A DNA stretch of 64,000 nt from Takakia lepidozioides (taxonomy: Eukaryota; Plantae; Bryophyta), in the NCBI GenBank assembly GCA_030704615.1, contig CM060733.1, positions 74,338,001 through 74,402,000 on the forward strand, read 5' to 3'. Position numbers and translations under genes: made by a program. Below are positions 59,242-64,000 of the stretch, piece by piece. Positions within the stretch are counted from its first letter, which is position 1, and every line of letters starts with the position of its first letter. The notes under the pieces were generated by a model. The model did no database searches, was not told the DNA's origin, and worked only from the letters and a program-made list of their open reading frames with translations.

Positions 59242-60941
59242 TACAACGAGGCAAGAGGTTCAAGTGAGAGGGGACTCATCTACTCCGAGTATGGGAGGAT
59301 GGACGAGTGAGGATTGTGCCTCATCCAACACAACGAGCGCGATTGGTACGCCATGCCCATGAGGAGTTGGGACATTTTGGGGTGCGGCGCACTCATAGTT
59401 TTCTGCAAGGGCAGTATTGGTGGCGGGGCATGCACACGGATGTGCAACAGTTAGTGGCAAGGTGCATGGTGTGTGATAGAGTGCGGGCTTCTTTCAACGC
59501 CCCTACTTCACAATTGCATCCTTTACCCATTATGGGTTTGGGCTATCGTTAGAGTTTTGACTTCGTAGGCCTATTGCCATTGACGATTCGCCATAACAAG
59601 TATGTGCTGGTGATGGTGGAACACTTCTCCAAATGGATTGAACTGGTGGCATTGCCTGACAAGGCAAGTGAGGGGGCTGTGTATGCATTCTTAGATCGAG
59701 TGCTTAGCCATTTTGGTGCTCCAGCCGAGATACTCACGGACCAGGGGAGAGAGTTCTTGGGGGAGTTTCAGGCTTTGTGTGAGCAAGCCTTGATAGATCA
59801 CCGCACTACTTCTCTCGGATCATCCCGAGGCTGATGGCTTGGCGGAGAGAGTTGTTCAGATAGTCAAGAGAGGTTTGCGCAAGTACGGTTTGCAGAAGGG
59901 ACACCTAGGAGATTGGGACCTTCAATTGTCTTGGCTAGCTATGGGCTATAGGTTCAGCAAACAAGCTTCACTTTCCTCCTTCTCACCTTACTTTCTTCTC
60001 TTCGGCCGAGAGCCGGATTTGCCTACATCTATTCGCAGGGAGGCTGCAGTAGTTCTCAACCTTGATGATCCGGATGTGTGGACACAAACATGTGCCCAGC
60101 GGGCAGAGTTGTTCAAGAGAGTCATGCCTATGGCTTTTGAGAACCTTGCTATTGCCCAACACCGAGACACATTGAGGTACGCCACTATACGTGGAGGGGG
60201 ATATTGGCCAAGTGTTCGGCGTTTCCACCCTGGGAACTATGTGTATTTGCAGCAGACATCGCCTACGACCTTGGATGTCGCAGCAGGACGTGTGATTCTA
60301 AGGGTCAGGGAGGTGTTGCCTTCAGGAGTGTTGATTCTGGAGGGTCGAGACGGCATGGTATGGAAGGACTATGTGCGCAATTATGCACCATGTCACCTTC
60401 CACATGTGGATGGGAGGATAGATCCCAACCTTGCAGTGGTACCTGCAGGGTTACGTTGCATGCTATGTGGGCATGCTAGTGGCACCGCAACCATGTTGGT
60501 GTGTGACAAATGCCAAGGGACACGGGATGCTTGACACCGCCACTTGAGGAGGTTCCTATCGGAGAATGGTTGTGTCCACGATGCCTTGGACAGAGGTAGT
60601 GGGCATGACAATGGTGAGGCGAACAAGTGATCCAAGGTCTAGCTAGTGGGGCTTCAATGCCATGGATACTCAACTGAAGATCATGGATTGCATGAAGGCG
60701 ACTAACGATGGGGCTACATTTGCACCCGGCCTCTTGATCTATCGACTTCAGGTGTTGGGACTTGTGCGATTGAAGACCAAGCGATGATCTTATTGGGGTG
60801 GATACTTGCAAGCTATCCCGTGTTAGAGGGACCTAATCACCAGCTAGGGGGGCGATTGTGGCGTGGCTTTCTAGGACTATATGCTAGGAAATGTGGTTGG
60901 ACAGCGATGTATGTTGTGGCACGATGCTTAGGTGCACGACA
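59242..60941 (+). mobile_element. Degenerate 3' part of a second DNMT-gypsy family member (integrase, PHD, PPT, 85-bp repeat A)
   Basis: Protein is nearly identical to 32096-33450, with stops and frameshifts. Ends with TGTGGC..GCACGACA at 60857-60941. Confidence 0.92.
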
Positions 60942-61085
60942 AATAATAGGGCGAGGCGAACCCAATGAGGGTTTCAGAGCCAACAGTGGTGGAGTGCAGC
61001 TACACCAACACGTCAAAACTAAGCATGTGGAGCTCATCGAGAATAGTTTCCAGCTGCGTGAATGAAAACCAGGGATACACGACTC

Positions 61086-64000
61086 GGGGATTGAAAATGC
61101 ATGAGCGGTGAGCATGAGCGGAGTACCTTGCCCGAACCTACACTGAACCAGAATTATAGAACCGAAAACGCAGGTCCTGACATCCCCGCGCACCGACTTT
61201 CCCCATACAACACAGGGACAATTTGGGATTTTGTAAAAGCGCATGGAAATTGGGGTTTCAACGCCTATAGCCGCGCCCCAAGTTTCGCCGTTACAGTCGG
61301 CACCGACTACAACACAGCAGACCAATGTGGGGTAAAACGCCCCGTGCGAAGCTTGCGGGTGTTGTAGTCACCAACGACTACAAAAAGCATATGAAATTAG
61401 GAGGGTAATCGTCGTCGAATTAATTCAAATACAATGTGGCAAATAAAACTTGGTTACTGTTATAGACGGCACCGAGTAGGTGACACGCGTTGGGTGAACG
61501 AATTGAAGAAGCATATGAGGAACGTAGATGAGCAAAGGTATTGCGTTGCAGGCTCAAAGTATAGTCGGTGCCGACTTCATGCACTTAAGTTAAATGAGGC
61601 AACTGAGTGGAGTCTCTGTTTAAAACTCCATACAATGCATTGTCTACCCATGGCTGTTGGTTTTGGAGGAGATCAGAAAGCACTCAAAGAAGGAGTTTGG
61701 GTTGCCTTGGCCATTGCACCATCATGTCAAGATCATGGAAGCTGTTGAAGCATCGTAGAAGAGAAATTGTAATCCGCAATATTGAAATCCGGGCACATTT
61801 GGGTCTATAGTCGTCCCCGCTGGATGGAAATTCGGCACCATGTTTCCATATGGGGGGTCGGATGAAAGCATCGTGAGAGAGGAGAAAGCCATGCGGTAGC
61901 CGAACGTCATCCCCCAAGATGGAAATTCGGCGCCGTATTTGATTCTTGGGGGGTCGGATGAAAGCAGTGCGAGGGGGAAGAAAGCCAGGTGGTAGCCGAA
62001 CATCATCCCCCAAAATGGAAATACGGCGCCGAATTTCTATCCCGCAGGGGGACTTGAAGGAAATATATATATATATATATATTTGTGTCTATAGTCCTCC
62101 CCGCTGGATGGAAACTCGGCGCCGTATTTCCATCCTGGGGGGTCGGATGAAAGCATCGTGAGGGGGGGAAAAAGCCAGGTGGTAGCCGAACGTCATCCCC
62201 CAAGATGGAAATATGGCGCCGAATTGCCATCCTGCAGGGAGGACTCGAAGGTGCCAAAAAAAAAAAAACATAAACAATATATATATATTTTTGGGGTCTC
62301 TAGTCCTCCCCGCTGGATGGAAATACAGCGCCGAATTTCCATCCTGGGGGGTCGGATGAAAACATCGCGAGGGGGGAAAAGTCAGGTGGTAGCCGAACAT
62401 CATCCCCCAAGATGGAAATACGGCGCCGAATTCCCATCTTGGCGATTGGATGAAAGCCTCTCTAGGGGATCGAAAGCCAGATGGCAGCCCAACTTCATCC
62501 CTCCCCCGGATGGAAATTCGGTGCCGAATTTCCATCCAGCAAGGTCGAATGGGACAATCCCGGGCAGAGTAAAAGCTAGGTTGCAGATCAATTTCTCTGA
62601 TTTTCATCCATTTTCATCATTTTCTTCCCAATTTCATCCATTTGCAGACTTTATCATCCATTTTGATCCATTTGGCCTCCCTTTATCATCCCTACGATGG
62701 AAATGCGGTGCCGAATTTCCATCCTGGGGGGTTGGATGAAAGCTTCCCAGGGGAGGGAAAGAGCCAGCTGGCAGTCCAACTCCATCCCCGAGCATGGAAA
62801 TTCGGCGCTGAATCTCCATCCTAGGGGTTGGATTAAAAGTTCTCAGGGGGAGAGAAAGCCAGCTCAACTCCATCCTGCAGCATGGAAATTCAGCGATGAA
62901 TTTCCATCCTAGGCGGTAGGATGAAAAGTTCTCGGGGGGGGGGGGGGGGGGGGGAGAAAGCCAGTAGGCCGCCCAACTTCATTCCCTCGGATGGAAATTA
63001 GGCGCCGAATTTCCATCCTAGGTGGTTGGATGAAAAGTTATCGGGGGGAAACAACCAACATGAAAGCCCAGTGGTAAGGGCATATACCCTCTTACGAGTG
63101 GTTGTGGGTTCAAACCACCATGTTGGTTGTTACAAAGGTGTCCACCTTCCTACCGGAAGGCAGTAGCCCTTTTGGGTCAAGTGACACCATAAGTTACGCT
63201 TGCTTCGGCAACGCGTCCACCTTTATCGGGGAGAGAGAGCCAGCTGGCGGCTCAACTCCATCCCCCAGCATGGAAATTCGGCGCCGAATTTCCATCCTAG
63301 GCGGTGGGATGAAAAATACAGAGCCAGCTCGCGGCTCAAATTCATCCCCCAAATAGAAATTTGGCGCCGAATTTCCATCCGGGCGGGTGGATGAAAGCTT
63401 GTCGGGGGGAGAGAAAGCCAGCAGGCAGCCCAACTTCATTCCCTCGGATGGAAATTCGGCGCCGAATTTCAGCCAGCTGGCAGCTCAACTTCATCCCCCA
63501 GCATGGAAATTCGGCGCCGAATTTCCCTCCTAGAGGTTGGATGAAAAGTTATCGAGGGGAGAGAGAACCAGGTGGTAGCTCAACTTCATCCCCCAAATGG
63601 AAATTCGGCACCGAATTTCCATCCTAGGTGGTTACATGAAAAGTTTTCAGGTGGAGAGAGAGCCAGCTGGCAACTCAACTTCATCCCCCGGATGGAAATT
63701 CGGTGCCGAATTTCCACCTGGAGCAGTGGATGAAAGCTTCCCGGGGGGAGAGAAAGCCAACAGGCAGCCCAACTTCATTCCCTCGGATGGAAATTCGGCG
63801 CCGAATTTCCATCCTGCTTTTGAAGTCATAATGCAGGTCTGGGGAAGGCGTATATGCGACTGCATGGCTCCGGACTCTGCGGAACACATGTCAAACATGT
63901 TTGACCACGAATATTGGCATGGCAGATATGACTACCAGTCACGGTCATGGCTACACTAGAATGACGTGTAATATTGCTAGAAAGACATATGACTTCATGA
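61086..64000. mobile_element. Left end of a MULE-like element with a GGAAATTCGGCGCCGAATTTCC palindrome array (61820-63815); probably extends beyond the window
   Basis: GGGGATTGAAAATGCATGAGCGGTGAGCATGAGCGG terminus; AGTC-n6-GACTACAA motifs at ~61294 and ~61362; same core palindrome as MULE-1. Confidence 0.6.
63047..63222 (+). mobile_element. 176-bp tRNA-derived (SINE-like) insertion with a structured 3' domain
   Basis: D-arm GCCC-AGTGGTAA-GGGC, B-box GGTTCAAACC, long stem ACAACCAACATG/CATGTTGGTTGT. Flanked by TTATCGGGG at 63038-63046 and 63223-63231. Confidence 0.65.

Noticed and set aside
63055-63130. Functional tRNA gene
   Set aside because: The anticodon stem does not pair and the unit is part of a duplication-flanked insertion.

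Overview
Eukaryotic, transposon-saturated window, most likely from a non-seed land plant such as a bryophyte or fern (inferred from spliced RAPTOR, NPF and PLS-type PPR fragments). No intact host gene is visible; it is a stack of nested mobile elements. (1) A 22.8-kb Mutator-like DNA transposon (27964-50812, 9-bp TSD GCTGAGGAC) encodes a MULE DDE-SWIM transposase. Head-to-head with it lies an apparently intact 9-exon gene (~1104 aa) joining a ParB/Srx-like domain to a beta-class amino (N6A/N4C-type) DNA methyltransferase fold; an element-specific 24-bp palindrome is concentrated in its two long introns and in a subterminal array. (2) Inserted in that transposase is a young Ty3/gypsy element (31303-43112, 4-bp TSD TGCC) with a DNMT3-like C5 methyltransferase in frame between protease and RT, and a PHD finger after integrase. 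It also has a candidate self-priming PBS and split direct repeats (B-internal-A-B-A) instead of two ordinary LTRs. (3) A related Mutator-like element (16158-24354, TSD CTTGAATAT) and further ends at ~59240 and 61086 carry arrays of other palindromes. The rest is other gypsy remnants, a CACTA transposase pseudogene, a decayed homolog of the ParB-MTase gene and a tRNA-headed structured insertion. All calls are by eye from motifs and repeats; no database searches were run. Some single-base frameshifts could be assembly errors.
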